From: Octopus sinensis
Lineage: Eukaryota
Reading direction: 5' to 3'
Assembly (NCBI RefSeq): GCF_006345805.1
Contig: NC_043000.1
Coordinates: 160,704,001 to 160,768,000, forward strand
Length of the DNA stretch: 64,000 bases
In this document: piece after piece, positions 51,781-64,000 of the stretch
How positions within the stretch are numbered: position 1 is the first letter of the stretch
Layout of the letters: every line of letters begins with the position of its first letter
Made by a program: the position numbers and the translations under genes
The notes under the pieces: model-generated
What the model saw: the letters and a program-made list of their open reading frames with translations, nothing else
What the model was told of the DNA's origin: nothing
Database searches by the model: none

Positions 51781-52161
51781 GTGGAGGCGCAATGGCCCAG
51801 TGGTTAGGGTAGCGGACTCGCGGTCGTAGGATCGCGGTTTCGATTCCGAGACCGGGCATTGTGAGTGTTTATTGAGCGAAAACACCTAAAGCTCCACGAT
51901 GCTCCGGCAGGGGATGGTGGTGATCCCTGCTGTACTCTTTCACCACAACTTTCTCTCACTCTTTTTTCCTGTTTCTGTTGTACCTGTATTTCAAAGGGCC
52001 AGCCTTGTCACACTCTGTCTCACGCTGTGTCTCCTCGAGAGCTACGATAAGGGTACATGTGTCTGCGGAGTGCTCAGCCACTTGCACGTTAATTCCACGA
52101 GCAAGCTGTTCCGTTGATCGTATCAGCTGGGATCCTCATCGTCGTAACCGACGGAGTGCTC
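51781..52161 (+). mobile_element. tRNA-derived SINE, family D (~380 bp)
   Basis: A box TGGCCCAGTGG and B-box-like GGTTTCGATTCC followed by a non-tRNA body; no acceptor-stem closure. Confidence 0.75.
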
Positions 52162-52632
52162 CTAAATTTAACTGAGACAAATCAGTTTAAATCATTTATT
52201 TTCACACAACTACATTCTCTTACTTTGATTTTAGCTGTGGCTTATACGGGTTTCTAGTGACATCTAGCAACGATGAGCTTCTATTGTGTGACAGCAGTAA
52301 ATTGCATTATACGATCCGAAGGTCTACATGGTGATGAATGTTATTATATAACTGTCTGGAACCGTGATGTCAGTTTTATAATGTGTACCATTCCTTTTGA
52401 ACTTTCATTATTTCGATCTTTGACAAATGTATTTATGTTAGCTTAATGATACATTTAATAATCCATAATGCAGTTCAATAAAGATATTTCTGTTTACAAT
52501 GATGCAGCAATTACATTTTTGTTATTATTTATTTATAATTTTTAAGTCTTTGTTTTCCAAGAAGTATGTAAAATATTTACGGAGTTATATATGATAATGA
52601 TATGTGTTATCATCTATGGAGCATAGTAATTA

Positions 52633-52920
52633 TATTCATCATTCTCATCATTTAACGTCCGTTTTCCATGCTAGCATGGGTTGGATGGTTCGACCGGGGT
52701 CTGGGAACCAGAAGGCTGTACCAGGCTCCAGTCTGATCTGGCAGTGTTTCTACAGCTGGATGCCCTTCCTAACGCCAACCACTCCATGAGTGTAGTGGGT
52801 GCTTTTTACGGGCCACCAGCAAAGGTGCCAGTGGAGGCTGGCAACCACCACGGTCGGTCGGTGCTTTTTACGCGCCAGCGGCACGGAAGCCAATTAAGGT
52901 GGCGCTGGCATCGACCACGT
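52633..52920 (-). mobile_element. Probable RTE-related LINE/SINE 3' end
   Basis: ctggatgcccttcctaacgccaacc motif; minus-strand end ..ggaaaacggacgttaaatgatga. Confidence 0.55.
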
Positions 52921-53369
52921 ACAGACGAAATATAAAAAGGTTATTGAGTACATCTGGCTTTATAGATCAGGTTGTTTGTATCTATGCATGCTGTAGAATG
53001 CAACTAAAAGGACTGATGTCAAAAGATTAACATTATCTCAAAGACTCCTGTCCAATGTATGCCAGTATGGAGAAATACATAAAAATGGTGATAATATGAC
53101 ACTGAAAAGAATCTTTGGAACTTTTGAAAATGGTTCCATCCCAATAAACTCCACTGCCGCTCAGTTTAACACCATCTCTCAACCACCTGGTGGTACCTTC
53201 AGCTATTTCCACAGCATTGCAATCATGTAGATCAGACATTTGCCCCAAGGACAATGCCATGTCTTTAAACACAGCCTCCCAAGTGCAACAGCTTCTGTCC
53301 AGCCACCCTTGAGGTGCTCTGCTTTCCTCATCTGAACAATTAAAAAAAAAAAATGACAATGATTCTTTC

Positions 53370-53640
53370 TACTATAGGGACAAGGCTTGAAATTTGAGGG
53401 TAGGGGTTAAGTCAATCACGTCGGCCCAAATGCTCAACTGGTAATAATAAAAAGAAACTAAAACTGATATTGTGTATAATAATGTTATTATATGTAGGTA
53501 TTGGTCTAACGAATTAGCAAAATGTTAGAGCATTAGTCAGAATGTTTTGAGCTAATTTATCCGATTTTCTGTGCTCTGATTTCAAGCACCAATGCAGTGA
53601 AATTTGCTATTCATCCTTTCAGAAGAAGCATAACGCTGTG
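53370..53640 (-). mobile_element. Old family-B-group SINE relic
   Basis: acaaggcttgaaatttg tail, tcaactggta, ctattcatcctttcag. Confidence 0.5.
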
Positions 53641-53749
53641 CCCACTCGCTTGTAAACATTCGAACCCTCCTAGCAGTTTCGAAGTTCCTATAATGTATCA
53701 GCCTTTCTGTATAAAAAGTGGAAAAAAAGCAATAATAAAACAGCATATA

Positions 53750-54159
53750 GCGCAGGAGTGGCTGTGTGGTAAGTAGCTTGCTAACAAACCACATGGTTCT
53801 GAGTTCAGTCCCACTGCGTGGCATCTTGGGCAAGTGTCTTCTGCTATAGCCCCGGGCCGACCAATGCCTTGTGAATGGATTTGGTAGACGGAAACAGAAA
53901 GAAGCCTGTCGTATATATGTATATTTATATAAGTGTGTGTGTATATGTTTGTGTGTCTGTGTTTGTCCCCCTAGCATTGCTTGACAACCGATGCTGGTGT
54001 GTTTACGTCCCCGTCACTTAGTGGTTCGGCAAAAGAGGCCGATAGAATAAGTCCTGGGCTTACAAAGAATAATTCCCGGGATCGATTTGCTCGACTAAAG
54101 GCAGTGTTCCAGCATGGCCGCAGTCAAATGACTGAAACAAGTAAAAGAGTAAAAAGAGT
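53750..54159 (+). mobile_element. SINE family A, full length
   Basis: Near-identical to 2652-3071. Confidence 0.92.
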
Positions 54160-54921
54160 ATATAATCCGGACTATGATAGCTATAGTAACAGTGCATCTA
54201 ACTGAAGGAAAAATAACGATGTCTCAACCAGAATTATTGTTGAGAGTAGTTTCTCACCCGTTTACAATAAATTATTCAGTAACTTGTTGTTACACTAGAG
54301 TATTTCGATTTGTTTATAAATGATAACCATCAAATCGTATTGACCAATTTATCATATTTCCGAAGCACATGTCCAATGAATATGATAGTCTTTTTTGCAC
54401 TTCAGATGTTCGGATGTTCTTCAAGAAATACATTCATACAATTGAAGCACTTTCTAATTATGACTTGAATATGTCAATTCTGGATAACTTAAACGCCATA
54501 TCTAACACTATTTATTTATTTATTTATTCTCTGTTCAGGTAATATGATGTGACGTATGCAAAGCTGAGCAACTTATGGACGCGAAACTCTTGGCATCCCT
54601 ATGAACCGGCCATAACCAACACTCTCTAAACACTCTATAGCTCTATAAATTAGAGCGTGCTTCTCTTTCGGATGTATGATTTACTGACGATATATATATA
54701 TATATATATAATATATCTCTCAACGAGGTATAAACAGTAACTACACGAGACAATGTGAAGTATATCTGCCATCTGAATGTGGCTCACCACCAAGGGTGGA
54801 TGTTACTGTAGCTTGTAGCTCCAGGAGAACATCTTCTCCAGCTGGCTATTGACACACTTTCTGTGCCCTATCGGTATTTGCAAAGGGAAGCCATACTTTC
54901 CATCGTCGACCTGACGTGATA

Positions 54922-54966
54922 CGCACGGACCCGGGTTTCTGAGTATTTACCCGTCATCAGCGCACG
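54922..54966 (-). ncRNA. Minimal type I hammerhead ribozyme within a ~270-bp element (54718-54990)
   Basis: cgtgcg CTGATGA cgggt-aaat-actca GAAA cccgg GTC cgtgcg; stem I 6 bp with two G-U pairs; palindromic stem III ACCCGGGT. Confidence 0.75.
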
Positions 54967-56639
54967 ACAATCACCGGTACACATAATCGGTTTAACATAG
55001 ACATTAGAGGAGTTATCGTTTCAGTACATTATCCGGCGCTTACTCTGTTTCCCGTATTGTGGATATAAGAGAAGATTCATCGCTGGTAGGGATGCAGAGA
55101 TATTGCTTTCCTTGTAACTGAGACAAAAATAAATAATAAATGATACAGGTAGAGAGACGTTTCCTAGGTACCATAGTTTTGGCTTTTTATCGGCGACGTT
55201 ACAAGCATTCACTTCCTTTTAACAATGCTGTAGAATAATTATTGAGAATCCGGTCCCCGTTGCTCCGAACAACGGCTTCATTCGTTAAAATTGGTTTGTT
55301 TCCTATGTTTGGCTCAGTGTATGATATTTTTTCTTTATAATGACACCAAGATTGTTTAAATTCTTTAAAATAACTTTAGCTGTCAAAATATTATTTATGC
55401 TCAGCTATACTCTTACTTAAGAAAAACAAAAGAATGAGTTTCTTAAAAAGTGTTGATCGCCTTTTTCATATATTTGTCATTGGACACTTAGGATCAGATG
55501 TAAAAACGTTAAATGGTTGGCTGAACATGTTGAATACCGACACTATAAAAAGCATGTTTGGTTGGCAGATCAAGAACCTTAGGGAAATTACTAGATACCT
55601 ACTGTTGCAGGAGGCAGCTTGATATCCTGCAACACAATATCAACAGAGCAACAATGAAACATTGAGTGAACGAAAGGAAGAATAATTGAAACTGACAACA
55701 AATGACAGTATATAAAAGGGATTCAATGAAAATAAACATTTTCTATTTTCTTCAGTAAAATATCATTCTTTGTGAGAAAATATAAATTTGAAAGATATTT
55801 TGCAAAGCAGAGAATACTAATTAGAATAATAAAAAAAAAAGAAAAAGAAAAAAATAGAAAATATATTTTAGAACCATAAATTTTAAGTGAACTGCCATGA
55901 CTCAAATAATGAGCAGCAGCTAAAAAAATGTTTATGTTTCACAACAATTTTATTTTTATTTTCAGAAATTTTTAGCTGAATATGAAATAATGTTACTTGT
56001 TAAACAATTTCCCTGCACTGCAGCGAATAACTTGATGTTTCAGCAGCACATTTCAATTGCTGTACGTTAGCATCATCATCATCATAGCTATCACCATCAT
56101 CATTACCATTAACATCATCAAAATCCTCCTTCTCATCATCATCATCATCACTACCGCTATCTTCATTATTGGAACGGTAGTAGGAAGGTGAAACCAAGAA
56201 AGCAACTTTTTACACGGTTACTGAATTTTGTAGAAATGGTAGTCAAATCTTCAAATATGGCATACCATCATAAATAAAATGAGATACATTCATTAATTGA
56301 GTAATAATTACAAACAGAGACTGGGATGTTCATGGATGGTATTCTCTTGATAATATATTTAGACAATCAGTTTTGAACTAAGAGTAAGGAAAATAAAGAA
56401 CCTAGGCAAAAAACCCGGGAGCTCTAAACGTTGTCTTCAGCAGCTTAAGACTAGTGAGATCTCTCCCTTCCACTTCGTTTTTATCCATTTATATCACAGC
56501 TGCATCCCCGTTACACGAGAAAAGCCGTTGCCTAGAAACAGCAATCCACAAACATCTGTGGATTAAAAGCTTAGAAAAAATAGGAGATCGATAAAAACGA
56601 GGGCAGCAGAGACACGTAAGAGGAGCTCTAACAATACAA

Positions 56640-57090
56640 AAAATAATAGGAACAGAGAGGTAGGCATCTGTAAGTGTACCAGTAATAAAGTATGCCCTTT
56701 AAATACTAGATGTATGACGAAGAACCTAGTGTATAAATGCAAAATCACTCCTGAGTGAAGGACATCATTCTATAACTCTCTCAATTTAAAAAAAAAAGAC
56801 TGGTTAACTATATAGAATCATTTAGAGATCGAGCGAAGATAAAGAGCACGAGCTTAAGCAAGCCAATCTGGTCTATTAAAGACAGGAAGCATAGCTATAT
56901 CATGGAGTGGGAGAATAGTACTGCTAAACAATACAGTGCAGCAGGAAATAGATGTGAGTTATGTATAGAAGAAATCTTCCAAATCTTTGCATCGAGACAT
57001 ACATTAATTAATAGCAGACTTGAACAGGCCTTACGATGCTTGCAAAAGAATACCAAAACATTTAAGAAGTTTAAAGAAACTTCTAGATAT
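56640..57090 (+). pseudogene. Second PLE relic (GIY-YIG C-terminal region)
   Basis: ICKCTSNKVCP..RCMTKNLVYKCKIT; STSLSKPIWSIK..YIMEW..NRCELCIEE..LINSR parallels the 45700-46150 domain. Confidence 0.75.
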
Positions 57091-57880
57091 TTCTACACCC
57101 CTCTCATTGTGGGTAAGAAAGGAAGGGTAGAAGCACATCTCCTAAACTCAAAGAAGTACACCGTCTCTCATAACCAAAGTAATATATATTCTATCCACCT
57201 TCTACTAACCAGCATAAACAACATGACCAGGAAAATAAATATATGAAAAGCTTAAAACATTACATGAGAATAACTACACTTCAAAAATTAGGTTATTAAG
57301 TACCCAGTGAGTACAGAAGCCTACCGAAACAGTTTACATCCAACATCAACCTAATTAGATGGGATTTTGACTTCGGTCTGCAAATGGTATGAAACCGAGG
57401 TCAACTACCCAGGATTACAAACAGAACAGATTTCAGAAACAAGCAATCTTTCCCCACTTTCTCTTGAACCCTAATCAAAAAACAACTGTATCAAAATCGC
57501 TTCGATACTAACTAATGGACAGGCCCTGAACGAAGCTGCACAAAGCATTAGGGCTGGTTGCATGTGCAACTGTCAGTCCAATAAATGATGCATGAGATTG
57601 TAAAATACAATGAAATATATTTTGAGGATGAACAAATTTCCTTACTTTATATCAATATAATTATTGCTAATATACACTCCAATTAACATTACCACTCAGA
57701 GAAGCGAACACGGAATTACCCATCGGAAGAATTTACAGCGTGCGTGACAATTCCTTGTCGTCATAATCGTTAAATAGTAATCGATGTGGTGAGCCGTAAC
57801 CTGAAACATTTCTGAGAGCTACCACGGTATCTCCGCCCAGATAATACATACATACATACATACATACATACATACATACA

Positions 57881-57972
<92 letters not shown>

Positions 57973-58454
57973 TGGTGTATTGAGTTTGCTGCCACACCCA
58001 ATGCCACCAAATTCAAGCGGTAGTATAACAAAAGTTTTTCATTAAGATTTGTTATTAAATTAATAAGTTTGATACTTATAAGTAATTTGCCATTTTCGAT
58101 GGGTGTGCAGCGCACACCTATCACAACCGGAATATACGCTGCTGATGTATATACGTATATGTATATTAATAAAATACAATAGTATAATTTTAAAATATTC
58201 AAATTAATAGTTAGTTACCAATAAAAACTTGAGAACAGAGCTAGTAAATAGCTGATAGTCATAATATGACGGGTTCTTTACAACTCTAAACCTGAAATTA
58301 CCACATCCGGTTTGCAGCTTTTACGGTTGTTTTTTTTTTTTTTTAAGTCATGTTAGAAATCGCACAAGGGAGGAACATTGATAGTTCGATGGAGTTATGT
58401 CCCTTGCATAGGGACGGAAATCATACAACGGCAAAAATGTATTTCCTTGGAGAG

Positions 58455-58505
<51 letters not shown>

Positions 58506-58842
58506 TCAGTCTCATGCGGAAATTGTATTATGTATAAACAAGTAATTATAATAATTTTCGGTTGTTGAGTTCCTCAGCCGTTAACCTTCAACAACTGAAA
58601 GAACTGCAGCTTAATCTTACATGACATAAATTATCTCAGCCAACGTTTTGATGTGAGCAGTCATTCAAGCTGATACACATCTCATTCAGACATCTAGTGT
58701 CTTGTACGTATATTTTTAATACTCGCGATTCCGTAAAAACCATCGCAATATATATTCTTTGTTTCTCGTTCTCACTGATAAAAATGAAAATACATATGTG
58801 TTTGATAAAATTAATATTCGTTTATAAATAATATCAAAGTTG

Positions 58843-59249
58843 CGAGCTGGCAGAATCGTTAGCGCACCGAGCGAAATGCTTAGCGTTATTTCGTCTGCTG
58901 TTACGTTCTGAGTTCAAATTCCGCCGTGGTCGACTTTGCCTTTCATCCTTCCGGGGTCGATTAAATAAGTACCAGTTACGCACTGGGGTCGATGTAATCG
59001 ACTTAATCCGTTTGCCTGTCCTTGTTTGTCTTCTCTGTGTTTAGCCCCTTGTGGGTAGTAAAGAAATAGGTATTTCGTCTGCCGCTACGTTCTGAGTTCA
59101 AATTCCGTCGAGGTCCACTTTGCCTTTCATCCTTTCGGGGTCGATTAAATAAGTACCAGTTACTCACTGGGGTAGATGTAATCGTCTTAGTCCATTTGTC
59201 TGTCATTGTTTGTCCCCTCTATGTTTAGCCCCTTGTGGGCAATAAAGAA
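58843..59249 (+). mobile_element. Tandem dimer of SINE family B (full copy plus 5'-truncated copy)
   Basis: The second unit restarts at gtatttcgtctgccg (~59070) directly after the first tail. Confidence 0.9.
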
Positions 59250-60599
59250 TTAAATAATATTTAGATTTCTAGTGTTTTGTGTGTATATTCTTAGAATATA
59301 TACGAAATTACGTTATTACAAATCTACTTTCATGCACTGAGATTTGCTTAAAGTTATTCTTTTACTCTTTTATTCGTTTCAACCATGAAAACTACATTAT
59401 GAAATATTTGGACTAATGTCCTAGTCTAGGCTGGTAGAGATATTTTGTGCGAAACAAAATATACGTGTATACGAAATATACAAAACGAAGTAGACGATTG
59501 TACAAGACGAAATATAAGTATATGACATCATGTGGATAAAGCGATTGTTAGGTAGATCTACGATGTACATGTGTAAGGATGTCTGTTTGTGTAATTCTGT
59601 CGAGAATAAAAAGTCTAGGTTAATTTAGAATGTTTTTTTCTTTTATCTCTTTCTAACAAACATTGAAATTGAACTTCTATTGTTTACCAATTTATTTTGT
59701 CTTCAGAAAGTAAAATATCTTTAAGTTTCGGGCGAACATTTAATAACCAATGCTTCTTATACATTCATTTCGTAGTTCGTTGGTGAACATACTCAACTAT
59801 ATATACTACTTAGTTTTAAACTGTCACATATAAAGTCTCCTTGCTTTTTGATCTTCCTGTTTTCACATTTCTCTTAAAAATATTCGTTATATTTATACAA
59901 TGAGTCTATTATATGCCAAATACAAGTGTCAATTAAATTATATGATTTTCTCTTTATTTGGAGGAAGTCAAAGATGTGGTTAAAAACGAAACAGAAAAGT
60001 TGAAAATATATAGAATTTTAATGGGAATTGGAACTTGTAATATGTCAAAGGCTTATACATCTGGTAAAATGATTAACACTCATTAGTTAGAGTGTTAGTC
60101 TCGGGATATTTTGGGGCTTACTGATACAAGATGGGTGAATTGCGGAGAATGTAAGAGAAATAGGGAGCATAAAATATTTTGTGGTACGGATGGAATAAAA
60201 GTGTAGAGTGTTGTAGGCTAATGGTACAGAGAAATTATACATTGTTATAGACAGTAATGCACAGTTATATTTTGCGTACCTATTAGCCATAACTTGATGC
60301 TCTATGTTATTATCAGTTAACATCTTAATCATTCAAATTTATTCTACATTTAGCGATTACAATGATGAAATACATAAGGTCTATGAGGTTCTTGAAAAAC
60401 AAAATATTTAGTAAACGGTAGAAAACAATACGCAAAATTATAATTGAAGATAACTGGAATTTAATTATTAGATCAGATGTTCATGTTGCCTACAGAGAAG
60501 CATATAATAAGGATAACTTGGGAAAAACTAACAATAAGTGTGTAAGATTAATTAAATATAAAATATAAAAATCACCAAAATTTAATATAAAAGCGTAAA

Positions 60600-62760
60600 T
60601 ACTGAAGCACATTGACATTGAATTCACTCAGAAGGATATATATATAACACGAGCGAATATATTATTCCTAATATAAAAAATATATTAATCGACCATAAAG
60701 GAGGCAAACCCAGCGTTTTTCCACGTTCAGATTTTTGTAAGAATCACATAATTTTAATGGTTGCAATAAAAATGAAGTTCATGTCAGTCAAGAAAAACCA
60801 AAGTGCTAGCACAACATATGACATTGTAATCAATAATTAGAGATCTGAACATAATAGCTCAATTTAAAGCACAGAAATGAGGAAGATTCGAATTCTTATT
60901 TTTATCAGAGGCAAATTTTCAACAAATAACAGGAGTATTGGAAGAAATCACAACAGGCAACAGAATTCTTGATAGAAAGAAGAAAGCTGAGAAATCTTGA
61001 ATAAATAAAGATGTTTTAATCAGTTCCGAAGAAAGAGGAAATCTTTCACAGAAGCAATATAAAACCGAGACAGCAGAAAGTGAATATATATTAGTCAATA
61101 AGAAACTAAAAGAGGAAATGATGAAGCAAAAGACAGAGATGAACAAAAGATGCGAAGAAAGAAATCATAGAACAAATAACGAAAACAGAAAAAAAAACTT
61201 GCATTCTCCGCAAAGAAAGTATATCTAAATACAGAGTTGCAGAAGACAAATATAAGAACCTGCTAACGAAAGCAATTAAAGAAACTGATAAACAAGCACA
61301 ATACTGCAAGGAACTTTATAACCACAAAGCAAAGGTAGATTGTAACGTACTAAAACAATTAAGAAAGGAAATTGCTTTTTAATAAACAGTGAGAGGCAGG
61401 ATTACTTCAAAACTTACGCAACCAATTAAGAAAGCGAAATGAATCTATCCTCGAGAATAAAAAGCAACATAAATGAAAAACAGCTGAACCCCACAGATGA
61501 CTATGTCAGCGTTTCTTTGTAAAATTATTAATAATGCATTACATATAAGAAATTTATTGAGTAGATGGACAGGGTAAATTGTTATACTACTGCCAATGAA
61601 TATAAAATATCCAAAAATGTGAAAACAATCGTACAATTAGTTTCATTATCACCCAATTAAAATGAGGTTTATGTTTTACTCTCTCTGCCGGCAGTGAATG
61701 CTAAGTGAAACAAGATTTTTCCCAGAAAGAAGAAATATTATTTGCCAGATCTTTAACTTTAGTATTCTGATACGTGCTTAGAAAGTCTACAACTTTATTG
61801 ACTTTCAAATAAAATCTTTTGACCGCATGTGCGATGTTATAATTATAATTATTATGAAAAACTACAACAATAAACTATCCATAGTAAAATTATAAAACCA
61901 AATTGACATGCAAATTTTGTTGGAAAAGCTCCTAGTGATGTTTCCCGTTAATTGTTTCTTTCATGAATCCTTTTCTCTCATTTTCAACAATTAATAAAGA
62001 AAATGCTGAAGATTTAGGAAAAGAAATATTGAATTATGACGTACAGAGTTAGCATTCTCCGGCTCGAAAATTTAGTGATAGGAGAACAGGACTTGCTGCA
62101 GCTGCAAGATAATGTGAATGGAAGAGAGTGTTGATTAAGACAAAATAACGTTAGCTTGTAAAATGGAAAAGAAAATAGTCGACGAATGAGGAAAGATGCT
62201 GAAACTAGTTTATATATGGGGAAATCTTTAATGGAATATTTAAGATCAAACAACATAGCAAAAATAAAATATGCCAGACTGCATCACAGAAACATCGGCA
62301 AATGCGTTCGAAAAAATATGATTACAATAGCAATATAAATTCGAGTTTTAAACAGAATAGTTTTTTTTTCAATGCACCCTGTGCGTACGAATCTGAATGA
62401 TTGAAGTTCGACGCTGAGAGTGAAAAAAAATATCCTGGCTTATGAAAAGAATCGTTAGAGAAAATAATTTTCATCTCGTATCTAGAACATCGAATTAATG
62501 TGATTGCTAAGAAAAATCGTTTGTACGGCCCTGAACTGTGAAAATCTGTCATTTATTACGAGAGTAGAGCAAATGATCTCGTCAAGTAAGACGTCAAATT
62601 GAAACTCTACTACAAGCGAATATGTTCACGAGAGCAAACTATCAGTGAACATGATATAAAAAGACCCCAACGAAGTTAGATATGCAACAAGAGTGAATGA
62701 ACAAGGAAGAAGCTGGATGTGCGGAAACATAGCTTCTACAGATTATGTACCACATTTTGA
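60600..62760 (+). pseudogene. Highly degenerate RTE-clade LINE ORF2 (APE end, linker, RT, C-terminus)
   Basis: KNHIILMVAIKMK..KKNQS; EYILVNKKLKEEM; YCKELYNH; KCENNRTIS; NFIDF..FDRM; YES..ILAYEK match RTE consensus motifs across broken frames. Confidence 0.65.
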
Positions 62761-63584
62761 TCATTAGATCCACTGTTCTGGATAATCAGTTGTGTGAAAT
62801 AAAGAAATGTATTTAAAAAACGATTAATTTTCTGACTATTGTAAGGGGAAAATTTTTACAAAGTGAGATTATTCTCATAAATGGTGATTGGAAATAAAAA
62901 CATTACTGTAATTGATTATGTCTTCAAAGCACGGGAAAGAATTAATGTCTGAAAATGAAATAACTTCTTTAAAAGATAATCTTGTCGTATTTTAGGGGTA
63001 ACTATGGACGGGGTAGGCCTATTAAACAACATTGTCATGGAATTAGTCTCATAACGTTATTTTTCCTGTGTGGTTGATATTCATTGTCCTTAGAATTGAA
63101 GATTTTTTCTTCAACTAGAAAGGAAAAAATATCTAATTATGAATTTGTTTGTGTGCTACATGCTGCAAATTAATTTTCTATTTATTCACTGAAATTTAAA
63201 ACAGTTGCGCGTGTGAGTTCTTTTCTTTATTACATTATATTTAATAATAATGCAAATCGAAATATATCTGTAACACTGACTTTATGAAATTTGTCTATTC
63301 ATTGTCAAAACTAAGCAAATTGTTGTCCCTTGTCTCAAAATAAATAGGGGAATAAAGTTTAGTATTTTTCATTTTTTAAAGATTATTTCTTATTTCTACC
63401 ACAGTCGCTGGTAAGTGGCCTAAGATATTTTCATTCTAACACTGAGGGGAAATTCTCAATTAAGAATTGTTTTTGCATACGGATTTTGATAATCGTTTCG
63501 CCATCCGTAATGTATTTATCACATTTCATGCCATTGGCTGTTGTATGTTTGTTGCATTTATTATAATGATTGAATGCGAGAGCA

Positions 63585-64000
63585 GGAGATCATCGCATGC
63601 CATGAAAGTGATACTGGGATTCAAATGTTCGAAGCCCAGTATACCCATCATGTCTATCCGTCTGATAAGGGCATCACATTCATATGTGCTCGACTTAGTG
63701 ATCTGATGTCGATAACCAGCACATGACCTTGTAGATAGGGCCCAATTAGAAAATTCCTCAGGCCGAATAACCCATTCCGTTTAAAAGGTGACTGAACAAG
63801 GGTTATTTGACGATGATGAAGGAAAGATCCACGTTTCCAGAGGTGAATTAATCAAATCCCTAAGAATTTCTGTCAACACGTGGCTATCATGCTCTCCTAC
63901 TACGCCTGCCCGTGATCAGAGCAGCACATATCGTTGCTAATAAGGAAGATAGTCAACTGGCTAAAGTCAAGCAACAGACGAGCTGATCTGTTGTATTGTG
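63585..64000 (-). mobile_element. Diverged copy of family E, truncated by the window end
   Basis: Reverse-complement homology to 21900-22320. Confidence 0.65.

Noticed and set aside
51781-51860. tRNA-like A and B boxes (also the heads of SINE families A and B)
   Set aside because: No complete cloverleaf or acceptor stem; continues into a SINE body, so not a tRNA gene
53033-53359. Minus-strand 108-aa ORF behind a poly-T..CAG acceptor
   Set aside because: No recognisable domain or donor site, and it lies between repeat relics
57370-57410. Hairpin ttgacttcggt...accgaggtcaa downstream of the PLE relic
   Set aside because: Lacks the CUGANGA core, so it cannot be called a ribozyme

Overview
Eukaryotic, AT-rich, microsatellite-dense window with no confidently identifiable host gene, rRNA, tRNA gene or CRISPR array. 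The SINE families and the (TA)n/(GATA)n/(CATA)n load suggest an Octopus-like cephalopod genome (inference). Almost all listed ORFs are microsatellite artefacts. The real coding content is transposon-derived. (1) A nearly complete Penelope-like element (PLE; RT plus GIY-YIG, 43029-49872) with pseudo-LTR, an inverted 5' copy, two minimal hammerhead ribozymes (HHRs), an Asn-rich insert and a ~3.3 kb structured 3' region. (2) A 5'-truncated Tx1/L1-type LINE inside a (TATC)n array. (3) An internally deleted Gypsy LTR element. (4) Relics of R4/Dong-like, RTE and PLE elements, plus mariner/pogo MITEs, Helitron-like non-autonomous elements and many SINEs. The most striking signals are three. First, HHR motifs from several distinct families, including an ORF-less ~525-bp tandem plus inverted HHR unit (retrozyme-like, 4343-5550). 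Second, an inverted repeat in the PLE 3' region whose arms differ almost only by G-U-compatible transitions. Third, a SINE family sharing its 3' tail with the Tx1-like LINE. All alignments and folds were done by eye, so boundaries are approximate to a few bases unless stated.
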